This document shows positions 56,710-64,000 of a stretch of DNA of 64,000 bases, in pieces. Position 1 is the stretch's first letter. Each line of letters starts with the position of its first letter. The DNA is from an uncultured Acidobacteriaceae bacterium (GTDB lineage: Bacteria > Acidobacteriota > Terriglobia > Bryobacterales > Bryobacteraceae), in the NCBI GenBank assembly GCA_963771495.1, contig CAVYTR010000002.1, forward strand, positions 751,363 through 815,362, in the 5' to 3' direction. Under the pieces are notes generated by a model. The model was not told where the DNA came from and ran no database searches. It saw only the letters and a list, made by a program, of their open reading frames with translations. Made by a program: the position numbers and the translations under genes.

Positions 56710-58308
56710 GTGAAAACACAAATCTACTTGCGCACAATCCTTCGGGTTGCTGTACTTGGCGTCAGCTGCTTGCCGCGGGCGTTTTCGGCTGATTTGTCAG
56801 GGCCCGTAAACCCGGCGAATTTGGCTGTAAGCGGCGAAATCGACGAACGGTTTCAGGCATACAACATCGAGATGTTGGAAGTGACGGGCGGACGGTTTTG
56901 GAAGCCTTACAAAGATCTCCGAACGAGCTCGGCGGGAAAGTCCGAGGCCGACCGGAACGGTCCAACTCCGGCAGGCATGAGTTCGAGTCTTTTCGAATAC
57001 CGAGGGCCGATCGACCTCAGTAACGCGCGGTTACGTAAGCTGGCCGCGGCTCTGGGACCGACCTATGTACGGGTGAGCGGAACGTGGGCGAACAGTACGT
57101 ATTTTCCTGGCGCTGAGGGTCCGGCGCCAGCAACTCCGCCGAAGGGCTTCAACGGTGTACTTACACGCGAGCAATGGAAGGGAGTTGTCGATTTCGCGAA
57201 GGCTGTGAATGCCGAGATCATTACATCGTTCGCGACGAGTGCTGGAACCCGCAATGCAGAAGGCGTGTGGACGCCAGATCAAGCGCGCGCTTTTCTTTCC
57301 TACACGAAATCGGTTGGCGGAAAGATTGCCGCTGCTGAGTTCATGAACGAACCAAATTTTTCGCAGGTTGGGGGAGCGCCGAAGGGTTACGATGCAGCAG
57401 CGTACGGGCGCGACATCGCCGTTTTCCGTCCCTTTCTGAAGCAGACTGCACCGGACGTTTTGTTCCTCGGACCGGGTTCCGCAGCCGAAGGTGGTCCACT
57501 GGCCACTACACCGAGCGCTGGCAGACTTCGTTCGGAGGACTTGCTGCAGGCCACCAGAGCGGAGTACGACGTGTTCTCTTATCACCTTTATGCTGCCGCT
57601 TCAGAGAGATGCGCCGGCAACAGCACCACATTTGGAACGACAGCGGCGGCGGCACTTTCGGAAGACTGGTTGTCTCGCCCCGACGCGATCAACGAGTTCT
57701 ACAAGAGTCTTCGCGATCGTTTCGACCCTGGCAAACCGCTCTGGATTACCGAAACGGCCGATGCAGCTTGCGGAGGAAATCCCTGGGCCTCTACATTCCT
57801 GGATGTGTTTCGTTATCTCGACCAGCATGCGCGCTTGGCGCAGCAGGGTGTTCGTGTCATCGCACACAACACGCTTGCGGCGAGCGATTATGGGCTTCTG
57901 GATGAGACTACATTCGCTCCTCGCCCTAATTACTGGGCGGCTCTGTTGTGGCACAAGCTAATGGGCACAACGGTACTGAAGCCCAATGCATCGCCGAAGG
58001 AAAATCTTCATCTCTATGCACACTGCATGAGCGGTGCGCCAGGGGGGGTGACACTGCTTGCGATAAATACAAGTCGCAACGACCCGCAAAGGCTCGCTGT
58101 TTCGGCTCCGTCCGAGCGCTACACGATGACCGCCCCAAGGCTGGAGGACACCAGCGTGGAACTGAACGGAAAGGAACTGAAGCTGGGAGCTGACGATTCG
58201 ATGCCTCGACTTACGGGCGTGCCGACGGCTTCCGGACCGATCAGCTTACCGCCTGCAAGTATTACGTTTCTGGCTGTACGGGAAGCACACAACGCTGCTT
58301 GCCATTGA
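56710..58308 (+). CDS. Glycoside hydrolase family 79-like (heparanase/beta-glucuronidase-like) secreted enzyme
   Basis: FMNEPNF (acid/base region) and LWITETADAACGGNPW (nucleophile region). GTG at 56710 gives the signal peptide VKTQIYLRTILRVAVLGVSCLPRAFSA, with GAGGA upstream. The ORF opens at 56575. Confidence 0.75.
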   Translation: MKTQIYLRTILRVAVLGVSCLPRAFSADLSGPVNPANLAVSGEIDERFQAYNIEMLEVTGGRFWKPYKDLRTSSAGKSEADRNGPTPAGMSSSLFEYRGPIDLSNARLRKLAAALGPTYVRVSGTWANSTYFPGAEGPAPATPPKGFNGVLTREQWKGVVDFAKAVNAEIITSFATSAGTRNAEGVWTPDQARAFLSYTKSVGGKIAAAEFMNEPNFSQVGGAPKGYDAAAYGRDIAVFRPFLKQTAPDVLFLGPGSAAEGGPLATTPSAGRLRSEDLLQATRAEYDVFSYHLYAAASERCAGNSTTFGTTAAAALSEDWLSRPDAINEFYKSLRDRFDPGKPLWITETADAACGGNPWASTFLDVFRYLDQHARLAQQGVRVIAHNTLAASDYGLLDETTFAPRPNYWAALLWHKLMGTTVLKPNASPKENLHLYAHCMSGAPGGVTLLAINTSRNDPQRLAVSAPSERYTMTAPRLEDTSVELNGKELKLGADDSMPRLTGVPTASGPISLPPASITFLAVREAHNAACH

Positions 58309-58338
58309 GTTGAAAAGCGAAACAAGGATCTGGGAGCG

Positions 58339-59318
58339 CTAGGTCAACACGACGATCTTGCCGCCGGCTTTGTTCTCTTCCATGCACCGATGGGCCTCGA
58401 CGATGTCGTCCAGACGAAATGTTTTCCCAACCTGAACCTTGAGGGTTTGCGCGGCGGCTTACGCAGCCAGTTCGATTGAGCGGGGTCCGCATGAAATCAT
58501 CAGATTCGCCCGCATATGTCGTTACACAGACAGCAGTCGGAATCGCCTCCATCAAGAGCAAACTCGTCGAAAGACCATTTGTTGCCCACAATTCCTGTCA
58601 TGCAAACGATCCCACCCTGTTTCGCGCACCGCAGCGAGTCCTTCAGCGTTGTGACGCCGACCAATTTCCAGCACCTTATCGACACCGTCCGAAAGCCTGG
58701 TTTCACATCTGTGGCGATGGAGCCGGTATCGATGAAAACCTCGTCAGCGCCGTTCGCCTTCAGAAGTTGCTCGCGATCGGCGTTTCGAGTGGTGGCGGCC
58801 ACGAGCGCTCCGTTGTTCCTGGCGATGGCAGCAGCGGCTAATCCAACCGAAGTCGTGCCTCCGCCAATCAAGAGACGTTCGCCTTTTTCAACACGAAGAG
58901 ATTTGTACAGCGAACCCCAGGCCGTTTGCATCATCTCCGGCATCGCGCCGAGTATTTCCCACGGCAGTTTCGTTTTGACTGCCTGCACCTGGCTTGCGGG
59001 CACGCATGTATATTCGGCGTAGCCGCCGTCGAACTGACGACCCAAGCCGCCCATCGCGGTTGCGACAATATCACCTTCGCGGAACTCATTTCCGGGTGCT
59101 GCTTCTATAACACCGACTGCCTCAATCCCGAGAACTCGCGGCAACTTCACGCTGGGCGAATGGCCTTGCCGGGTGAACAGTTCAGAACGATTCAGTCCGA
59201 ATGCTTTTACTCGAATCAACACTTCGCCGATTCCCGGCTTGGGAACCGGACGGCTTTCGATCTTCAGCACCTCCGGCCCGCCCGGCTGGTACATTACTGC
59301 TGCTTTCATCATGTTCAT
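58339..59318 (-). pseudogene. Zinc-type alcohol dehydrogenase/quinone oxidoreductase (MDR family), multiply frameshifted
   Basis: Frame 1 reads [43 protein letters not shown]... Pieces follow in other frames: GVDKVLEI (~58670), [26 protein letters not shown] (58262..58591 ORF) and KVQVGKTFRLDDIVEAHRCMEENKAGGKIVVLT* (ending 58339). Confidence 0.75.
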
Positions 59319-59535
59319 CGATTCATTCCTCTAGTCATGCGGCGGATTGGTTCAGGGCTTCTTCATAAGTGGAAAGTACTTCGGTACTCGATTTCTCATC
59401 TGCATTCATGGCATGTCGCCCTGGCTTGCGGCTTTCGTTCTCGATAACAGTATCGAGCCATTCTGATATCCATGTGGAGTGGGGTAGAGTGAAAATCCAT
59501 TCCCCAAACTTCGGATAATTGTCTGCAGGCCAAAG

Positions 59536-60159
59536 CTAGAAGGCAGCTGGACGAGGGCGAGTCCGGTGGTCGATCCAGACGAGCGCGAACCCGGAGAGCA
59601 GAAAGGCAACTGCGATCACGATCGAATTCAGAGCCGTCTGGCCGTAGCCGAGCCGGAGGACGTTGATAAATGGATAGGCGTAGCTACCGGTTGCCGCTCC
59701 CCGCAGGAGCGCATAAGCCAGATAGGCAAGCGGATAAGTTGCCCATCTCAGCGGGTCTCGCCATGTGAGGTCACCCTTCGGAGCGAAGAACGCCCAGAAG
59801 AGTGGAACAAGTATCGGCGTGACCATGTGCAGAAGTACATTTGCCACTGCCGAGCCGCCCGAAAGCTCTGTCGAACCGTGTAACAGAAGAGCGTAGATTA
59901 CTCCGACAAGTACGATCGAGAGCATCGTTCCTGCAATCATCCCGGCCGAACGAAGCGCCCTGCGGTTTACGGCAATACCGGTGAAAACTACGGCGACGAG
60001 AACATTGGTGGTTATGGTGAAATATGCGAACACGGTCCAGAGTGCAAGCAGCGCCGACGTGGTTCGATGATAAGAAGCAATGAACTGCACGGCCAGGCCG
60101 GTCCAGGTGATGGCCGCGATACATGCCGCGGCGATGCGGGCTGCGCTTTCAGGGTTCAT
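59536..60159 (-). CDS. Multi-TM membrane protein (Pr6Pr/FAR-17a-AIG1-like, tentative)
   Basis: 207 aa with about six hydrophobic helices. The family name is recalled from the N-terminal pattern ...ITWTGLAVQF...ALWTVFAYFTITTNVLV. Confidence 0.5.
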   Translation of the reverse strand: MNPESAARIAAACIAAITWTGLAVQFIASYHRTTSALLALWTVFAYFTITTNVLVAVVFTGIAVNRRALRSAGMIAGTMLSIVLVGVIYALLLHGSTELSGGSAVANVLLHMVTPILVPLFWAFFAPKGDLTWRDPLRWATYPLAYLAYALLRGAATGSYAYPFINVLRLGYGQTALNSIVIAVAFLLSGFALVWIDHRTRPRPAAF

Positions 60160-60211
60160 GGCGATCTGTTCTCACCTTTGCCGGATCGCTTGCATTTGAA
60201 GGAGGGCAGCT

Positions 60212-61876
60212 TTATTGCGCTGTGCTCCGGGCGTAAGAATAGAGGCTTACGCGATACACATGTAAGTCATGTGGGGACATTAAGAGCTGGCGGCCTTGAT
60301 TCGTTTGATCGCCGGTCAGTTCGCGATCCGTCATCCAATTGGCTCCAGCCTTTGAGATTTGCTCAACTTTTGCGATTCCAGCCAATCGATTATCGAAATC
60401 CGGATCGCGGAAGAAGTCCACGGTTAGTCCGCTGCCTACTATATAGAACTCGTTCGATTTCGTTTCTAAGATCATCATGGCGCCATGATCGGTAAGAAGA
60501 GTTCTCGCTGGCCAGGATCGCGAAAGAGCGGCTTGAAAAAGATATCCTCCCAAAGAAACCGTCTGCGTAGAGCGAGGGCTTGATGCATGTAGCACTAATC
60601 CACGGATCTGGTTCTTCTGCTGTGCGTCCAGGATATTAGTGCTGATCTCGTCAAGAATTTTGTACACATCAGCGAGCGCAGGCTGCGATGCCGGCGACGA
60701 GTCCGACCGTACGAGCGAGTCTACCCCGAACGGCGAAAACCCAAATCCCCGTGCCTCACCATATGTATACAGCGCATTGTAGGGACTGGAGTCGATGCGG
60801 GCTTCGGGAACAAAGATGGGATTTCCAGCCATCTGATAGCGCTTGACCCAATATTCGAAGTCGGGCCAATAGATATCAGGCGAATAGAAATCTATCGAAG
60901 GTGCGCCGATACGGTATACATCCTGATAGTAAGGATGCGGTCCACCGCTTGGATATTCGCCGGCTCGTTCGAAGGGAGAGGGAAGCTGGGCGTTGAGGTA
61001 CATCGGCAACGGATACTCTTCTTTACCTGCTTGAGCGACTTTGTTTACGAAGAGAGCATAGTGCCATGCCATGAAGACCTCGTCCGAAGCATCAGAGAAG
61101 ATCTCCTTCCAGGTGCGGCCTGCGGAGTTGAAATGCGCAGCGAGCTCCGGCGACATGTGTAGCCGGCGTTCTTCGAGGCCGCGCCTCAGATCGGGAGGGA
61201 CGCTGCCCTGAAACAGTTTGTTCGCCGCATCCGAGCGATCCCTTCCACGGCCGAGGTATCCAATTTCGTTCTCTACCTGTACCATCAGGACCGTCTGCTG
61301 GTCTGCGTCGACCTCACGCACGTGGCGCATAAGAGAGGAGAACGCCCGGGAATCTAAGCGAAGCGTGTCTGCACCGAACGTAGAGAGAATCTCGAGCGGC
61401 AATCCATCCGCGGATATTGCACGGGGAAAACGTTTGGCGTCTGATCTTACCCACTCCGGCGCGTAGTTCGAGAACGCATTTTTCCAGCTTCCGAACCAAA
61501 GCAGCACGAGGTGAATGCGCTGTCGCCGTGCCACTTCAATCCAGTGATCAACGATTGAAAAGTCGAAATGACCTTCTTCCGGTTCGATTTCCTGCCAGGC
61601 GACCGGCATCAGCACAGTGTTGATATGCATTCCCGCCAGCTTTGGAAGGATGCTATCGGCCTGACCGGCTGTACCTGCTGAAGAGTTTCCCAGCTCCGCT
61701 CCAAGAATGAGGAACGGTTTGCCGTGAACAATCAGTTGTCCCAAACCGTTCTGATTTCGGATGGTTGGCAATTCGCTGGCGTGCAGAATCGGGCCGAACG
61801 CTATTTGAAAGCCGATCACAAGGAGCACAGTTCGGAGTGACAGTTTCAACCGACCTTTCCTAGTAAATGCCAGCAC
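60212..61876 (-). CDS. GH35/GH42-like beta-galactosidase-type glycoside hydrolase (DUF5597-type C-terminal region), secreted
   Basis: GKPFLILGAELGNSSA...INTVLMPVAWQEIEPEEGHFDFSIVDHWIEVARRQRIHLVLLWFGSWKN. The ORF opens at 62128 and would overlap padR. GTG at 61876 (or TTG at 61849) gives a signal peptide (...RKGRLKLSLRTVLLVIGFQIAFGPILHA). Confidence 0.7.
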   Translation of the reverse strand: MLAFTRKGRLKLSLRTVLLVIGFQIAFGPILHASELPTIRNQNGLGQLIVHGKPFLILGAELGNSSAGTAGQADSILPKLAGMHINTVLMPVAWQEIEPEEGHFDFSIVDHWIEVARRQRIHLVLLWFGSWKNAFSNYAPEWVRSDAKRFPRAISADGLPLEILSTFGADTLRLDSRAFSSLMRHVREVDADQQTVLMVQVENEIGYLGRGRDRSDAANKLFQGSVPPDLRRGLEERRLHMSPELAAHFNSAGRTWKEIFSDASDEVFMAWHYALFVNKVAQAGKEEYPLPMYLNAQLPSPFERAGEYPSGGPHPYYQDVYRIGAPSIDFYSPDIYWPDFEYWVKRYQMAGNPIFVPEARIDSSPYNALYTYGEARGFGFSPFGVDSLVRSDSSPASQPALADVYKILDEISTNILDAQQKNQIRGLVLHASSPRSTQTVSLGGYLFQAALSRSWPARTLLTDHGAMMILETKSNEFYIVGSGLTVDFFRDPDFDNRLAGIAKVEQISKAGANWMTDRELTGDQTNQGRQLLMSPHDLHVYRVSLYSYARSTAQ

Positions 61877-62023
61877 TGTTGTACTTACGTTTACTATTGC
61901 AGAGGGCGGCGGCAGGGATTCGGATCTTGGGATGAACCAGGCATAGCTTAGAAGCGTGGCGTTCTTGGAAACTGGGACTAAGAAGGTGGCTGAATCCGGG
62001 AGCCTCTTAGATTCATTCTCTCC

Positions 62024-62059
62024 TTGACAGCTTAGGGGAGTCTGCAGTATATTCCTAAG
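62024..62059 (+). promoter_or_regulatory. Sigma-70-like promoter with an embedded inverted repeat upstream of padR
   Basis: TTGACA (62024-62029), an 18-nt spacer, TATATT (62048-62053). CTTAGG (62031-62036) and CCTAAG (62054-62059) flank the -10 element. AGGAG at 62066-62070. Confidence 0.5.
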
Positions 62060-62075
62060 TGATTTAGGAGTGTAA

Positions 62076-62417
62076 ATGTCCGGCCAGGCCCAGCTTCTTC
62101 CAGGAACTCTCGATCTGCTCATTCTCAAAGCGGTCTCGCTTGGGCCTCTGCATGGCTACGGGATTCTTTTGCGCATTGGACAAATCTCCGAGCAGGCGCT
62201 GCTCATTGAGCAGGGAGCGCTCTATCCGGCATTGTTCCGGCTGGTGCGTCAGGGGCTTCTGAAAGCAAGCTGGGGTACATCCGAGAACAATCGCCGCGCT
62301 AAGTTCTACGAATTGAGGGCGCTGGGGCGGAAGCGCCTGCGCGAAGAGACGGAGGGATGGAATCGTCTGGCTACAGCCATTGCGTCTGCCCTTGCTGCCC
62401 AACCGGAGGAATTATGA
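62076..62417 (+). CDS. PadR family transcriptional regulator
   Basis: PGTLDLLILKAVSLGPLHGYGILLRIGQISEQALLIEQGALYPALFRLVRQGLLKASWGTSENNRRAKFYELRALGRKRL. Confidence 0.9.
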   Translation: MSGQAQLLPGTLDLLILKAVSLGPLHGYGILLRIGQISEQALLIEQGALYPALFRLVRQGLLKASWGTSENNRRAKFYELRALGRKRLREETEGWNRLATAIASALAAQPEEL

Positions 62418-64000
62418 AGCTCCTGGCATATCTTCGTTGCCTAGGCGCTAAGTTTTTTCGCCGTTCGCAGGTGGACGATGAGATGGAGGAAGAAATTCGC
62501 TCGCACATCGAGCACCGGGCCGATGATCTGGAGCGTTCCGGCGTCTCTCGACCTGAGGCAGAACGCCGCGCTCAGGTCGAGTTTGGCGGCCGGGTGCGTA
62601 TTGAAGAAGAATGCCGGGAAGCGCTTGGCGGGAATTTTATCGAGATCCTGATACAGGATGCACGCTTCAGTCTACGGGTGTTGCGCAAGGCTCCCGGATT
62701 CGCGATCGTCGCGATATTGACGCTCGCGCTGGCGATAGGCGCGAACGCTGTGGTGTTTGGCATTTTGAATGGACTGATCCTGCGCCCGCTGAATGTGCCC
62801 CAAGCGGAGAGCCTTTGGGGGACTGAGTATGGGGACGGTTCTGCATTTCAGTCTTATCCGAACTATGTCGATCTTCGCGATCGCAACCGCAGCTTTGATG
62901 CTCTGGCGGCTTGGAAATTCGTCTTTGTAGGACTGAACAGGGGCAACGATCCGTCCCCCGCCACGGGATTCGCAACGTCTGGAAACTACTTCGATGTGCT
63001 CAGGGTTCAGCCGTATCTTGGCCATTTCTTCCACGGCTCGGATGAGCATGGCCCGAACAGCGCCCCGTATCTGGTGCTCAGCTACGCATATTGGCACAGC
63101 CATTTTCAGGACGATCGCGGCGTGGTGGGCCGTGTTGTTCAAATCGATAAGCATCCTTTCACCGTTGTCGGTGTGACGCCGGCGGAGTTCCGCGGGACTT
63201 TGTTGTTTGCCTCTCCCGATTTTTTCATGCCGATCGTGGACCAGCAGCAGGTGGATGGAGAAAATCTCCTGGATGCGCGCGGCAGCATTCTTGGGGTTTT
63301 CGAGGCGTTTGGACACTTGAAGCCGGGAGTGACTCCCGCTCAGGCTGTCGCCGATATGAACGCGATCGGGGCGTCTTTGGAGAAGACGTATCCAAAAGAA
63401 GTTAGTCATAAGCACTCTTCGCTGATACATGAAGGCCTCACTTCCTTTGCCGGTCCGGTGCGGGCGTTTGTTGGGGGATTGATGCTGCTCGCCGGATTGA
63501 TTCTGCTGGCGGCATGCGCCAATCTAGGTAGTCTGTTTGCCGCGCGCGCCACAGACCGCTCCCGCGAAGTAGCTCTGCGGCTCGCGCTTGGCTCCAGCCG
63601 CAATCGCATTTTGCGGGGACTTCTTACCGAAGCAGTTCTGATCTCGCTAGCTGGGGGCGCCGTCGGACTCCTGGGCAGCATTGCGCTGCTCCGGTGGCTT
63701 AGTGCGTGGCAGCCGTTTCCCACAGCTCCCATTCATCTGCCTGTCACCCCGGACGCCAAAGTATACGTGATCGCTTTGTTTTTGGCGTTAGCCAGCGCAT
63801 TCCTTTTCGGTATTGTTCCGGTGCGCCAGGTGCTCAGGACCGATCCTTACGAAATCGTCAAGTCCGGATCGAGAACTACCGGCGGGCGTCGGATCACTTT
63901 TCGAGATCTGTTGCTCGGCGTGCAAATTGCGATCTGTGCGGTGCTGGTGACTTCTTCGCTGGTTGCGGTGCGCGGACTGATGCGCTCGCTCGGTAGCAAC
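62414..64000 (+). CDS. FtsX/MacB-type ABC transporter permease of the 'ADOP' (acidobacterial duplicated orphan permease) type; 3' end beyond the window
   Basis: Not in the supplied ORF track because there is no stop before the window end. My translation from ATG 62414 (ATGA overlap with the padR stop) reads MKLLAYLRCLGAKFFRRSQVDDEMEEEIRSHIEHRADDLERSGVSRPEAERRAQVEFGG...LRVLRKAPGFAIVAILTLALAIGANAVVF...LGSSRNRILRGLLTEAVLISLAGGAVGLL... It is open to nt 64000. Confidence 0.85.
   Translation, partial: MKLLAYLRCLGAKFFRRSQVDDEMEEEIRSHIEHRADDLERSGVSRPEAERRAQVEFGGRVRIEEECREALGGNFIEILIQDARFSLRVLRKAPGFAIVAILTLALAIGANAVVFGILNGLILRPLNVPQAESLWGTEYGDGSAFQSYPNYVDLRDRNRSFDALAAWKFVFVGLNRGNDPSPATGFATSGNYFDVLRVQPYLGHFFHGSDEHGPNSAPYLVLSYAYWHSHFQDDRGVVGRVVQIDKHPFTVVGVTPAEFRGTLLFASPDFFMPIVDQQQVDGENLLDARGSILGVFEAFGHLKPGVTPAQAVADMNAIGASLEKTYPKEVSHKHSSLIHEGLTSFAGPVRAFVGGLMLLAGLILLAACANLGSLFAARATDRSREVALRLALGSSRNRILRGLLTEAVLISLAGGAVGLLGSIALLRWLSAWQPFPTAPIHLPVTPDAKVYVIALFLALASAFLFGIVPVRQVLRTDPYEIVKSGSRTTGGRRITFRDLLLGVQIAICAVLVTSSLVAVRGLMRSLGSN

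Noticed and set aside
1-64000. CRISPR arrays, rRNA genes, prophage structural modules and a recognisable multi-gene defence or secretion system.
   Set aside because: No regularly spaced direct repeats, no rRNA-like conserved blocks, and no capsid, terminase, cas or secretion-ATPase motifs were seen in any frame. The accessory content is limited to the scars and small modules listed in the findings.

Overview
The window reads as a moderately GC-rich chromosomal segment, most likely from an Acidobacteriota (Terriglobia-like) genome. That inference rests on four PEP-CTERM sorting-signal genes, a PadR regulator translationally coupled to an FtsX/MacB-type 'ADOP' permease, and a PQQ-type dehydrogenase next to a diheme cytochrome c. 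Most of the window is ordinary housekeeping or metabolic coding sequence: a UvrD/AddA-like helicase-nuclease, pyrF, an S53 peptidase, MscS, nth, rpoD-dnaG, ligD, prmA, asnB, hrpB, a PBP1A, proline dehydrogenase, hldD, an mntH-Usp fusion and two glycoside hydrolases. I found no rRNA, tRNA or CRISPR array by eye.

I do not see a coherent multi-gene system of clearly novel function. What stands out is a set of mobile-element scars and the small accessory patches around them:
- A roughly 2.4 kb insertion flanked by 41-bp direct repeats lies between hrpB and a glycosyltransferase. It carries a dead serine-recombinase fragment and an arsR-SRPBCC module with a perfect palindromic operator candidate.
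- A decayed transposon (TniB-like ATPase fragment plus a frameshifted resolvase) has res-like repeats bracketing one PEP-CTERM gene and abuts a second, truncated one.
- IS21 istB debris occurs at three places. Two 51-bp direct repeats derived from istB bracket an ankyrin-repeat gene.
- A patch holds a vapBC cassette, a DNA-methyltransferase fragment, a PEP-CTERM gene with a frameshifted sorting signal, and about 0.6 kb of ORF-less, G-tract-rich DNA. That DNA ends in an intrinsic terminator just upstream of a hypothetical gene.

Several conserved genes (hrpB, the PBP1A gene, two PEP-CTERM genes, a resolvase, a quinone oxidoreductase) are interrupted by frameshifts. This means either real gene decay or indel errors in the assembly. 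All calls come from reading the translations and the DNA by eye; no database search was run.
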